Made by a program: the position numbers and the translations under genes | Source: a virus | Reading direction: 5' to 3' (one strand) | Length of the DNA: 64,000 nt | IMG/VR virus record: IMGVR_UViG_3300006925_000007 | Coordinates: 32,001 to 96,000 of that record | Notes under the pieces: model-generated | Database searches by the model: none | The model's input: the letters and a program-made list of their open reading frames with translations, nothing else | What the model was told of the DNA's origin: nothing | Shown: positions 38,179 through 46,589 of the stretch, in pieces | Layout of the letters: each line of letters begins with the position of its first letter | Numbering within the stretch: the stretch's first letter is position 1

Positions 38179-40893
38179 TTATCTCGAGTTCATCATATCG
38201 ATGTCAATATCTAAATTATATTTTTTATTGAGTCTCTTAACTATTGTTCTAAGTTGAACTAATGCCTCAATGGTATGTCTTTTACTATTGATAATTTCTG
38301 TTAATTCTTGACTATTGTTTATTTTACGCGATATATTTGGATTTGTCAAGTTATTTTGTATCATTTCTAATATCTTGCTTCGAACTGGTGAATTGCCAGG
38401 CATCATTTCCATTGATTTTGCTATTTCTGGCATTAGTGCTTGCATTATTTCTATATTACTAGAAATTGTTCTGTCTGGTGACTTGCCATGTATCGTTTCC
38501 TGATTCATGCTCTTTGTTTCTTTATTACTAAGAATTGTTCCGTCTGTGTTTGGAACAAATAGCTCTGCTGTGTTTAGTCCTAACTGATCTCCAACAATGT
38601 AAGGATTTCCTGCGTCAACTGGTCCACCATGTTTTCTTGTTTCTGCAGGTTGGATTGTTAAATGTCCACCAGTGTCACCTGATTTAAAATTATTAATAGT
38701 TTGACTTTTAGCTTCTTGTGGGACTATTTGTCCGGTTCCTGCGCCTGTGTCGTTTATTAAGTTATTATTATTAAGTATAGATGCTAATTCTTTAGAATAC
38801 ATTCCGGTATCATCATTAGTTACAATCTGATCACCCTGTAGTATAAGAATACTAGCACCCATTGAGTTATTAGCCCATGTATCTTTATCTCCTGTTTGCT
38901 TTAACGTGCTACCAGTTGTTACTGTCATCTTTGTGTCTGTGTCTTTATACTTTTCATCAAACTCCTTCATTGCATTTAACATACGTCTACGCATTTCTGG
39001 TGCAAGTGAATTTAACTGCATTAATGAATTTTCAACATTTTCAATTTGTGTTAGTCCTTCAATATCTTCTTCTGTAATGTATCCGACCGATCTATTGGCT
39101 TTTTTTGCTTCTTTAACTTTTGCAGTATCGCCTTCCTCATCTGCAGCTGATTCATATTGAGGACGATATGCTACGCCACCTGTTACTGCAATTGTGGCAT
39201 CTTGCATGTCAACGCCAATTTTCCCACCAAAGTTGTTTGTCTCTTGTTCACTTTCAGATAGAGCCGCAAGTGATGTCATTTTATTACTTGTTTTACCAAA
39301 CAAATCATATACACCATTAAATATAGTAGCCACTGTTTCCATGTCCATAGTAAGTGTTTCTTGCACTTCCAAGAAACGCCTAGTCATGTTATTCATTTCC
39401 ATTGTAACTTTACCTGCTTCCTTTAAATTTTTCTTCATATTTGCTTTTTCTTTTGCAAATTCTTCTGGGTTTCCTAAATTACCAAATTTACGTTTTAATA
39501 CAATTGCATTTGCTGCCAATCGTTGTGTTTGTCCAGATATAGTATCTGCTGCCGCATTAAATGTTGAAAACCTTGTTGTATCTGCAGTGTTAAGAGCATT
39601 AAATATAAAGTCACGAACATCATCATTTGATGCTTCACCTGTTTGCATCATTGCTTCTATACCTTCAACGAAATTAGGATAAACATTTGCCAGTGCGGCC
39701 TCAGAACCTTTCATCATTTCCTGCATTCTGCCGCTTAGATCAAAACTAGTAAAATCACCAGTTTTTGATTTTTCAAATGCTTCTTGTTGGAATGCATCCA
39801 ATAATACTTGCATATGCTCATCGTCTGGTGCTAATAATCCTACATTCTTAGTTATAGCTTTAAGAGTATCTGCCTTATTTGATAAGCCTAGATCTTCCAA
39901 TGACATTGCTGCCGCTTCGCCAAATTCATCAAAGGCGCCAAGTTGCCTACGCATTGCTTCGTTTCTAGTTAATGATGTTAAACTGGCAACTGTGCCTGCT
40001 TCTATTTGTAAGTCAATAAATGACCTATTAACATCTTCAGCACTATTATTCAAATCTGAATTTATCATTCCTGTTCTACGTGCATAATGTATAAACTCAC
40101 CGTATTGTGATTGCATGTCTTTACTAGACAATCCCAAGTCTCCAAAGTTTCCTGCTGTCTCATCTAACGCTTGATAGAATCTTGTAAATTGTAGAACACC
40201 TTCGCTCATTGTTCCGCCTAGTCCTAACATACCTTCGCCAAAGTTATGAACATTGTCAATTAATGATGTGTATGATACACCTGTTGATAATGTGTTTTTT
40301 CGTAATTCGTCAAATGCAGCTGCGCCGCCGTTATATACAACACCTGCATCAATTATTTTTGACTGAGCTCCTGCAAACTGTTCTATCTTAGCTGCATTCC
40401 AACCTGCATATGCTAACATGGCATCAACTGCTATATTACCTGCTGTTCCTAGTGCGTTTGACCATAAACTACCTGATTTCATAAGACCGTCAAACAGTTT
40501 TAATCCACCCGATGAATCTTTTGCTCCTTTGACTAGAGAGCCGCCTGCACTTACAATTGCACTAAGTGGTTTTTCTGTATTACCAAAGAAAGTAGCAGTT
40601 TTCATTAGACCTTCTGAATTTTTAACTAATAAGGTGGAGAATCTTTCAGATTTCTTTTCTTGTTGTTGATCTTGCACATTATCTTTTTGTGTTGCTGTTA
40701 GCAATCCGGAAATTTCTTTTTGAAGATCATTTACATTACCGCCTACCTTAGACATCATCTTATTAAGATCTTTAGATGTTTTATTTTCTGCAGACATATA
40801 CGAAACAACTCTATTCATTGTTTCTTCGCTTGCCCACTGTGGCACTTGAACTTCCATTCCACCCAAGTTTAATGTTACCATTCTGTCTGCCAT
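38179..40893 (-). CDS. Tape-measure-like protein 2
   Basis: Long helical Ala/Gly/Met-rich protein with a GGPV..G.PY.VG...ELFVP motif of the kind found in tape-measure C-termini. Confidence 0.6.
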   Translation of the reverse strand: MADRMVTLNLGGMEVQVPQWASEETMNRVVSYMSAENKTSKDLNKMMSKVGGNVNDLQKEISGLLTATQKDNVQDQQQEKKSERFSTLLVKNSEGLMKTATFFGNTEKPLSAIVSAGGSLVKGAKDSSGGLKLFDGLMKSGSLWSNALGTAGNIAVDAMLAYAGWNAAKIEQFAGAQSKIIDAGVVYNGGAAAFDELRKNTLSTGVSYTSLIDNVHNFGEGMLGLGGTMSEGVLQFTRFYQALDETAGNFGDLGLSSKDMQSQYGEFIHYARRTGMINSDLNNSAEDVNRSFIDLQIEAGTVASLTSLTRNEAMRRQLGAFDEFGEAAAMSLEDLGLSNKADTLKAITKNVGLLAPDDEHMQVLLDAFQQEAFEKSKTGDFTSFDLSGRMQEMMKGSEAALANVYPNFVEGIEAMMQTGEASNDDVRDFIFNALNTADTTRFSTFNAAADTISGQTQRLAANAIVLKRKFGNLGNPEEFAKEKANMKKNLKEAGKVTMEMNNMTRRFLEVQETLTMDMETVATIFNGVYDLFGKTSNKMTSLAALSESEQETNNFGGKIGVDMQDATIAVTGGVAYRPQYESAADEEGDTAKVKEAKKANRSVGYITEEDIEGLTQIENVENSLMQLNSLAPEMRRRMLNAMKEFDEKYKDTDTKMTVTTGSTLKQTGDKDTWANNSMGASILILQGDQIVTNDDTGMYSKELASILNNNNLINDTGAGTGQIVPQEAKSQTINNFKSGDTGGHLTIQPAETRKHGGPVDAGNPYIVGDQLGLNTAELFVPNTDGTILSNKETKSMNQETIHGKSPDRTISSNIEIMQALMPEIAKSMEMMPGNSPVRSKILEMIQNNLTNPNISRKINNSQELTEIINSKRHTIEALVQLRTIVKRLNKKYNLDIDIDMMNSR

Positions 40894-40894
40894 T

Positions 40895-43816
40895 TTATTG
40901 TTCTCCGCTCATTTCTATTTTTAACTTTCGCATTTCATCTGCCAGTTGTGCTTCTAGTGTTGCCAATTCAGTTTCTTGGCCTTCTGTTAAAGGAATGTCG
41001 CCTTCTACTATTTTTAGTATATCTATAATTTGCGTTTGTAATGCTTGTATTTCTGGTGTTACTTGTTTTGCTTCAGTTATCTGCCCTGTATTCATTGCAT
41101 TTAAAAATTGATTTGCATAATCTGTTCTCTGGTTTAAATCAGCAGTGCGTCCAGAACTTGTTGCTGTTTTTCCATACACAACTCTATACACGGTATCCAT
41201 ATTTCCTAAATCTGACTTGTATTCTTGCCACCAAGGCAAATTAAAATAGGCAGCACTTGCTGCCGCTGAAATATTTGGGTCTAACATCAAGTCTGGATTA
41301 CCTACTAAATCTTGACCAATCATTTCTCCAACAAGTTTATAATTTTCTTTACCTGTTAATTGTATAAAGCCTCGTCCTCTATACTTATAACCTTCACCTT
41401 CGTTGCCCATGTCACCACCATATACATAATCAAAAAATGCCTTAGGATCTTTTTTCAATTTGTCTAGTTGATCATCATTTAAACCTTTAACACGATTGCC
41501 CAGTGCTGCTCTAATTCTAATATTAGATGTTTTTGCATATGATTGTTCTTCTATCACTCTAAATGCTGATTCGCCTTGTATCATTCCTAATATATTTGCT
41601 TGTGCGACAGGGTCAGTAATTCCTTGTTCTTTTAATTGTGCTATAACTATACCTTGTAAGGAAGACCCTTGCTCATACTCGGATAGTCTATTTCTTCTTA
41701 TTTTTCCCTTGTCTCCAATATATGATCCCAATTGGTCTTGATACGATGCTAAATGCCCAATTCTTTCTTTAAGCATATCTCGTTGATCTATTAATGGTTG
41801 TGCAATAGCTTCGGCCTCTGTAAGTTTTTTCTGTGCGTTAACTAACTCTAACTGAAGCCCAGAAATATCTTCACCTTTAGTTGATGCTGTTTTAATCTTA
41901 GCTTCAATATTGGCTACTTCGTCAACAAGTGTTTTATATCCTGTTTTCTTTATATCGCTACTTACAATATACATTTCATCTTGTGTAGTTTTTATAAGTG
42001 TTCTAATACTGATCATTTCTTTATATGCAGCTTCTTTATTCGCTTTGTCTACAATGGCGTTACTTTCATCATCATACCCCGGAACTGTGTTTGTTTTAAT
42101 CGGTGCTGATCCGCCAACAGAATAATTATGATCTATATAGAACCGCTCGCCTGGACCAATATGTTTTTTGTCTTTTTCCAATGCTAGTTCCATACTAGTT
42201 TCTGCCGTGCGATCTAATCCAAATATATCTCTCCAGAAGTCAGCAAATGTTCCTACTGAACTTTCCAACACTCCCATCACTGTTCCCATTGTTTCAAATC
42301 CTGGAGTAAAGGTATGTTGAGCTTTTAAGAATGCTTTACTTAGTCCACCAAGAATTTCAATTGAATCGTCTGCTCCATCAATTGCCTCGCTTGCTGATTC
42401 CATCTTTGCTCTCATTTCTGCTTCGGTGCCTGAGAAATATTCTTCTGGCAATAGATTCATGCTTGCTATTAATCTATTGACTTCGATACTTGTGGGATCT
42501 ATACCTGATAGAGTAGGAGAGTTTTTTATAAGTAATAGTATTTCTCTAAATTTTGCAGCATTTTCTTCTGGTCCATTAATTTTTCCTTGTGCACCAGTAG
42601 ATAAAAAGTCCATCATGCCTTCAAAGACTCCTGGATCAAGTCGTTGTAGCATTGCTGCAAGTTGTTCATTTTGTATATTATTAATCGCTGAAGTATCATA
42701 CTGAATGTCTGAAACTGTGCCAGTGAATGTATCTGTTAACATTTTTGTAATCGTTTCGCCTAGTGTTGCATTGCCTAGCATAGCAAGCCAGTCTGCTGAT
42801 TCTTGAACCTTCTTTGCTGCTCCCTCACCATATGTTTTATTTAAATATGCAGAATTTTGATGCATCGCTAATTGAAAGTCTGCATCTTCTCTTAGCATTT
42901 TTCTTGATTCTAATAAAGCACTACGTTGCACACCCAATGTATCAGCTAGATATATTCCCATAGAGTTTGCTGCTTCAAAACTGTCTATAACTCGTGTTTG
43001 ATCAGCGTCATTAAGTTCATTAATTTGATTAAGTTTATACAACTGTTCTGATTCTTCTGCTAGTAAGCCTGATAACACTTTTGGACTATATCCAAAATTT
43101 TTAACTCTTTTTATTTTCTTATCATCGGTTAAAAAATTACTCATCAATCCTTGTCCTGATACTAAATTGTTCTGTCCTATATTAACTAAAAATTCTGATG
43201 TATTCTGAACCATTGCTGCATAATCTGTTAATGACATACCGGCTGCAACAGCATTACCACGCATGTGTGTATAATCTGATGTATTACCTAATACCATTCC
43301 CATATCAATCATTGTTCGTAGATCTTTTTCTTGCGTTGTTATTATTTTGGCAAAGGCTGCGCCGACACCTGTTAATGCAACTGCACCGCCTGTTGCCCAA
43401 GAAAATCCACTTGCTACTTTACCTATTTTACCACCTGCTGATGCTAAAGAGCTTGCTGCATGATCCATTGCTTCAGCACCTGCACCAGCAAGTTCGATCA
43501 TTGATTCGAGTCCAGATTGTGAACTGCCGGATAATGATGCTCTGCCCAGCCTTCGTATGTTTTTGTCTGCCTGTTGCAACTTCTCCCTGCCGTCTATTAC
43601 CGACTGATCAAGCTGGTTTGCTGTTTCTTTAATATTATTAAGCAATGCTTTAGCATCAGAAGCCGAGTTCAATCTAACAATAGCAGTAGCCAAAGCCGTA
43701 GTTTTTATACTGTTTGACCTTGTTAAACCGGCTAACTGTTCTGCGGTTTCTTCACCTGCCCACGGATATTGTGAGTAGACTGCTTTCATTGTATATTGTA
43801 ATTCGTTCTGATCCAT
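40895..43816 (-). CDS. Tape-measure-like protein 1 with a C-terminal GH19-type lysozyme-like domain
   Basis: Helical N-terminal two-thirds; ILGMIQGES and G.KYRGRGFIQLTGKENY...NPDL..P motifs. Confidence 0.7.
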   Translation of the reverse strand: MDQNELQYTMKAVYSQYPWAGEETAEQLAGLTRSNSIKTTALATAIVRLNSASDAKALLNNIKETANQLDQSVIDGREKLQQADKNIRRLGRASLSGSSQSGLESMIELAGAGAEAMDHAASSLASAGGKIGKVASGFSWATGGAVALTGVGAAFAKIITTQEKDLRTMIDMGMVLGNTSDYTHMRGNAVAAGMSLTDYAAMVQNTSEFLVNIGQNNLVSGQGLMSNFLTDDKKIKRVKNFGYSPKVLSGLLAEESEQLYKLNQINELNDADQTRVIDSFEAANSMGIYLADTLGVQRSALLESRKMLREDADFQLAMHQNSAYLNKTYGEGAAKKVQESADWLAMLGNATLGETITKMLTDTFTGTVSDIQYDTSAINNIQNEQLAAMLQRLDPGVFEGMMDFLSTGAQGKINGPEENAAKFREILLLIKNSPTLSGIDPTSIEVNRLIASMNLLPEEYFSGTEAEMRAKMESASEAIDGADDSIEILGGLSKAFLKAQHTFTPGFETMGTVMGVLESSVGTFADFWRDIFGLDRTAETSMELALEKDKKHIGPGERFYIDHNYSVGGSAPIKTNTVPGYDDESNAIVDKANKEAAYKEMISIRTLIKTTQDEMYIVSSDIKKTGYKTLVDEVANIEAKIKTASTKGEDISGLQLELVNAQKKLTEAEAIAQPLIDQRDMLKERIGHLASYQDQLGSYIGDKGKIRRNRLSEYEQGSSLQGIVIAQLKEQGITDPVAQANILGMIQGESAFRVIEEQSYAKTSNIRIRAALGNRVKGLNDDQLDKLKKDPKAFFDYVYGGDMGNEGEGYKYRGRGFIQLTGKENYKLVGEMIGQDLVGNPDLMLDPNISAAASAAYFNLPWWQEYKSDLGNMDTVYRVVYGKTATSSGRTADLNQRTDYANQFLNAMNTGQITEAKQVTPEIQALQTQIIDILKIVEGDIPLTEGQETELATLEAQLADEMRKLKIEMSGEQ

Positions 43817-43848
43817 TGGTTTCCTTTAATTAACTGGTATTTTAATTA

Positions 43849-43881
43849 GATAAATACATTTATACTGTAACAGTATTTATG
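43849..43881. promoter_or_regulatory. Face-to-face late promoters (GATAAATA +, CATAAATA -)
   Basis: Plus-strand box at 43849-43856 and minus-strand box at 43874-43881, between divergent genes. Confidence 0.6.
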
Positions 43882-43891
43882 GAGATTAAAT

Positions 43892-44722
43892 ATGACAAAC
43901 CCATTAATACAGGCTTATAGAAAGCCTGTTTTGTATGTATCGCTCCCAAGTGGTGGGAAATTTTACGATACAAAGCCAAAACTTAGTGTAGACGGTGAAT
44001 TAGCCATTTATAGCATGACTGCTAGAGATGAGTTAGTTTCAAAAACACCAGATGCATTATTTAATGGCGAAGCTACGTTCAGCTTAATTCAAAGCTGTGC
44101 GCCTGATATTGGCAATCCAACTGAAATGCCAGTGAACGACCTTGTTGTTATTTTAATTGCAATACGTATGGCAACTTACGGAGATGCAATTGATGTGGAT
44201 GTAAAATGTCCAGAATGCGACAATATGAACCAATTGACTGTGAGCACAAATGCTCTATTAGGTTCAGTTAAAGAAAATGTTGCATTAGATAAGGTTACAC
44301 TCGATAACAAGTTTGTAATTAAGGTCAAACCTTATAACTTGCACGATAGAACTAAGTTACAAATACAACGACTTAAACAACAGAAATTAATTCAAAACTT
44401 AGCCGATGCAGAACTAAGTGATGAACAACGTCAAAAACAATTTGGCGAAACGTTTTTAGAAATTGCAGATTTAACTGTAACTCTTATTGCAAATGCAATT
44501 ATACAGGTTAAGCCACCAGAAGGCGATACAGTCGAAGATGAACATCTTATACTTGAATGGCTGAAAAGTATAACCAAAGAAGATTATGATAAGATCAGAG
44601 AAACAGTTGAAGAATTAAGTGAAAGTGGTGTTGATACTAAGTTTGATGCTGAGTGTATTGAATGTAAACATACATGGAACACTAACATAGATTTGGATAT
44701 TGCAAATTTTTTCGCGGGTTGA
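43892..44722 (+). CDS. gp26: Baseplate hub / tail assembly chaperone, gp26-like
   Basis: LPS.G, ILIAIR.ATYG, two CxxC pairs and a terminal NFF. Confidence 0.7.
   Translation: MTNPLIQAYRKPVLYVSLPSGGKFYDTKPKLSVDGELAIYSMTARDELVSKTPDALFNGEATFSLIQSCAPDIGNPTEMPVNDLVVILIAIRMATYGDAIDVDVKCPECDNMNQLTVSTNALLGSVKENVALDKVTLDNKFVIKVKPYNLHDRTKLQIQRLKQQKLIQNLADAELSDEQRQKQFGETFLEIADLTVTLIANAIIQVKPPEGDTVEDEHLILEWLKSITKEDYDKIRETVEELSESGVDTKFDAECIECKHTWNTNIDLDIANFFAG
44707..44713 (+). other. Candidate -1 programmed frameshift heptamer T TTT TTC
   Basis: Correctly phased X XXY YYZ just before the stop codon; the -1 frame is the downstream ORF. Confidence 0.6.
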
Positions 44723-44958
44723 TAGCATCCCGACAACCCGAAGAAATAACTAAGTTAGTCGAAGACTACAATAAAGACTTAGAGAAAACAGAAGCCAGCT
44801 ATTTAGATATAATTATCAAATCGGGAGGACTGTTATCATATAAAGATGTTATGACGATGCCAGTTGGCTCGTTAACAAAATTTGTTGAAAGGTATAATGC
44901 TCACACCGAAGAGCAAAACCAACAAATGAAAGCTGCTCAATCCAAGGGCAGAAGATAG
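44719..44958 (+). CDS. gp51-like short ORF, probably the frameshift extension of the gp26-like gene
   Basis: LSY.DVM.MP motif; only a TTG start and no clear SD. Confidence 0.6.
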   Translation: MIASRQPEEITKLVEDYNKDLEKTEASYLDIIIKSGGLLSYKDVMTMPVGSLTKFVERYNAHTEEQNQQMKAAQSKGRR

Positions 44959-45402
44959 TTATTGATCAAGCATTATGCGTTTATAATACTCTGCAGGCCA
45001 ACTATCGTAATAAGATGTTTTATGTAATGATGCTCTGCGTCTAAGTAACTCAGGTCTTATTTGAATTAAAATCAAATCATATATATTTTTAACAAAATGC
45101 CCAGAAGTTTTTGTGCTTTTAAAATACATCAAGTCTGGGTTAAGTTCTTTGATTGTAGTTAGATCAATAGTATCTAAATCTATTTCATCACCGAAGTAAC
45201 ATACACCTACCATTTTTATTCTAGGGTCAAACTCAAGCATAGCTTCAGGATTAGGACCACTGCAATCTATAAATTGTAGTTTATTTTGGACTCTGGCAGT
45301 CTTTGCATACGGACATACAGGATATCCATCATCTTTTAAGGGTTCAACTTTGGTTATCACCCATTCTAAGAAGTCTTTTTGGAATTGTTCAAATTTACTC
45401 AT
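44959..45402 (-). CDS. Hypothetical protein (CPYAK motif)
   Basis: 147-aa ORF; CATAAATA box at 45545-45552. Confidence 0.65.
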   Translation of the reverse strand: MSKFEQFQKDFLEWVITKVEPLKDDGYPVCPYAKTARVQNKLQFIDCSGPNPEAMLEFDPRIKMVGVCYFGDEIDLDTIDLTTIKELNPDLMYFKSTKTSGHFVKNIYDLILIQIRPELLRRRASLHKTSYYDSWPAEYYKRIMLDQ

Positions 45403-45577
45403 AGCTATTCATTATCCATTATGTTGTTGTTTATATCGATGTCTTACGACATCATCATTATCGTATTGCTAACGCAATACTCAATGTATGTTTTTAACTC
45501 TATATTAATATCTATTAACAATAAGAACTAATTAACTACTATGTTATTTATGTTAGCTTATTTCCTAGATTTTTTAT

Positions 45578-45916
45578 TCACACTTAGCTTGTTACAGCCA
45601 AGTGCAAAATATTCATTTCCCGTCAAGAATACCCACTCGTTATAGTAAAACCTTATTAGCACAAGGTAGTGGCGGTTAAGCGATACCACTTTACATACTG
45701 CTTATTAACGCAGAAACACTCTAAGCCATAACGACGACTGTCGAGCTATCCGTAAGTTCCAATTGTCAGGAGAGCTTACTCATTTCGGTTTGTCAAACCA
45801 ATGCATTGACAAGGCACACCAGTTCCAGACACTTATGTATCTTCAAGGTGAGTCGAGCTTATCCCGACCAATCGGAGCCATGTGAGCCTGTGTTAGTTTT
45901 GTGTTAGTTTTGTGTT
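45578..45916 (-). ncRNA. Putative large structured non-coding RNA (family not recognised)
   Basis: ORF-free, GC-elevated island with about ten helices; at least five contain G-U pairs only when read on the minus strand. Confidence 0.6.
45889..45916. repeat. 11-bp tandem repeat TGTGTTAGTTT x2.5
   Basis: Read directly from the sequence. Confidence 0.85.
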
Positions 45917-46015
45917 GGTAGATATTAGCGTTGTAATAGTAATTATGTGATACTTTAATTATCTGCTGATAATAACGTTAAAACGTTATTTCTTGTTATT
46001 AGCATAACATATGTG

Positions 46016-46468
46016 TTATAGCTTGTCGACCTTTTTTAAATGTTCTGTGAGAATCTTTGAACTGCCAACTCTCACATTAATGATACCATTGTAGTATTCA
46101 TCTGATTCTAAAACTTTACGATCAAATTGTTCTTTTGCTTCCAAATAACTTAGAACTCCTCTACTAGGACAATAATACAAAATTTCTCTTGTAAACTTAT
46201 CTTCTCCTAGTTCAAGGACATCTGCATTTAAGTGATCTGAAGAACCCCAATAAGTTTTCCAATCACTTTCTTTAGTGCCACGTCTTTTGTTTTTTTTGCC
46301 TTTAAGAGGCGGTTTGGTTGTTTTAAACTTTGCCAGCTTCTTACCTATATATTTCCGGCCGTTGGTAGTATTTGTGATTAAATACACAAATCCTTCTGCC
46401 TCTGGAGGTATTTCATCAACTATTATATTGTTATGAGTCCAATCGCTAGTTTTTCTTTTGCTTGTCAA
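46016..46468 (-). CDS. Compact GIY-YIG family endonuclease
   Basis: GFVYLITN..NGRKYIG, YWGSS, F.REIL, YLE and YYN motifs; TTG start. Confidence 0.8.
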   Translation of the reverse strand: MTSKRKTSDWTHNNIIVDEIPPEAEGFVYLITNTTNGRKYIGKKLAKFKTTKPPLKGKKNKRRGTKESDWKTYWGSSDHLNADVLELGEDKFTREILYYCPSRGVLSYLEAKEQFDRKVLESDEYYNGIINVRVGSSKILTEHLKKVDKL

Positions 46469-46589
46469 TGTTTGTTTCTTTTAATAGTTTTTGCAAAATG
46501 TCATGGCCAATTAAATTCTCATTAATTTTTATTGCAGGCCAAAATTCCCATTGCAACGGCAGTTTCTTTATTTCTGCGTGATCACGCAT
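46446..46589 (-). CDS. Small 47-aa ORF (below the ORF-track cut-off)
   Basis: ATG overlaps the end of gp46; translates to MRDHAEIKKLPLQWEFWPAIKINENLIGHDILQKLLKETNIDKQKKN and fills the gap. Confidence 0.5.
   Translation of the reverse strand: MRDHAEIKKLPLQWEFWPAIKINENLIGHDILQKLLKETNIDKQKKN

Noticed and set aside
45578-45916. Group I/II intron, tRNA, tmRNA or RNase P identity for the structured element
   Set aside because: It does not interrupt a gene, and I could not find a group I P7 core, group II domain V, cloverleaf or tag reading frame by eye. A covariance-model search is still needed.
45889-45916. Telomerase-template-like appearance of the CUAACAC repeat
   Set aside because: The resemblance is superficial. 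There is no reverse transcriptase or product repeat array in the window.
46446-46470. Frameshift fusion of the 47-aa ORF to the GIY-YIG gene
   Set aside because: The nuclease lies in the +1 frame and there is no canonical slippery heptamer, so this is unsupported.
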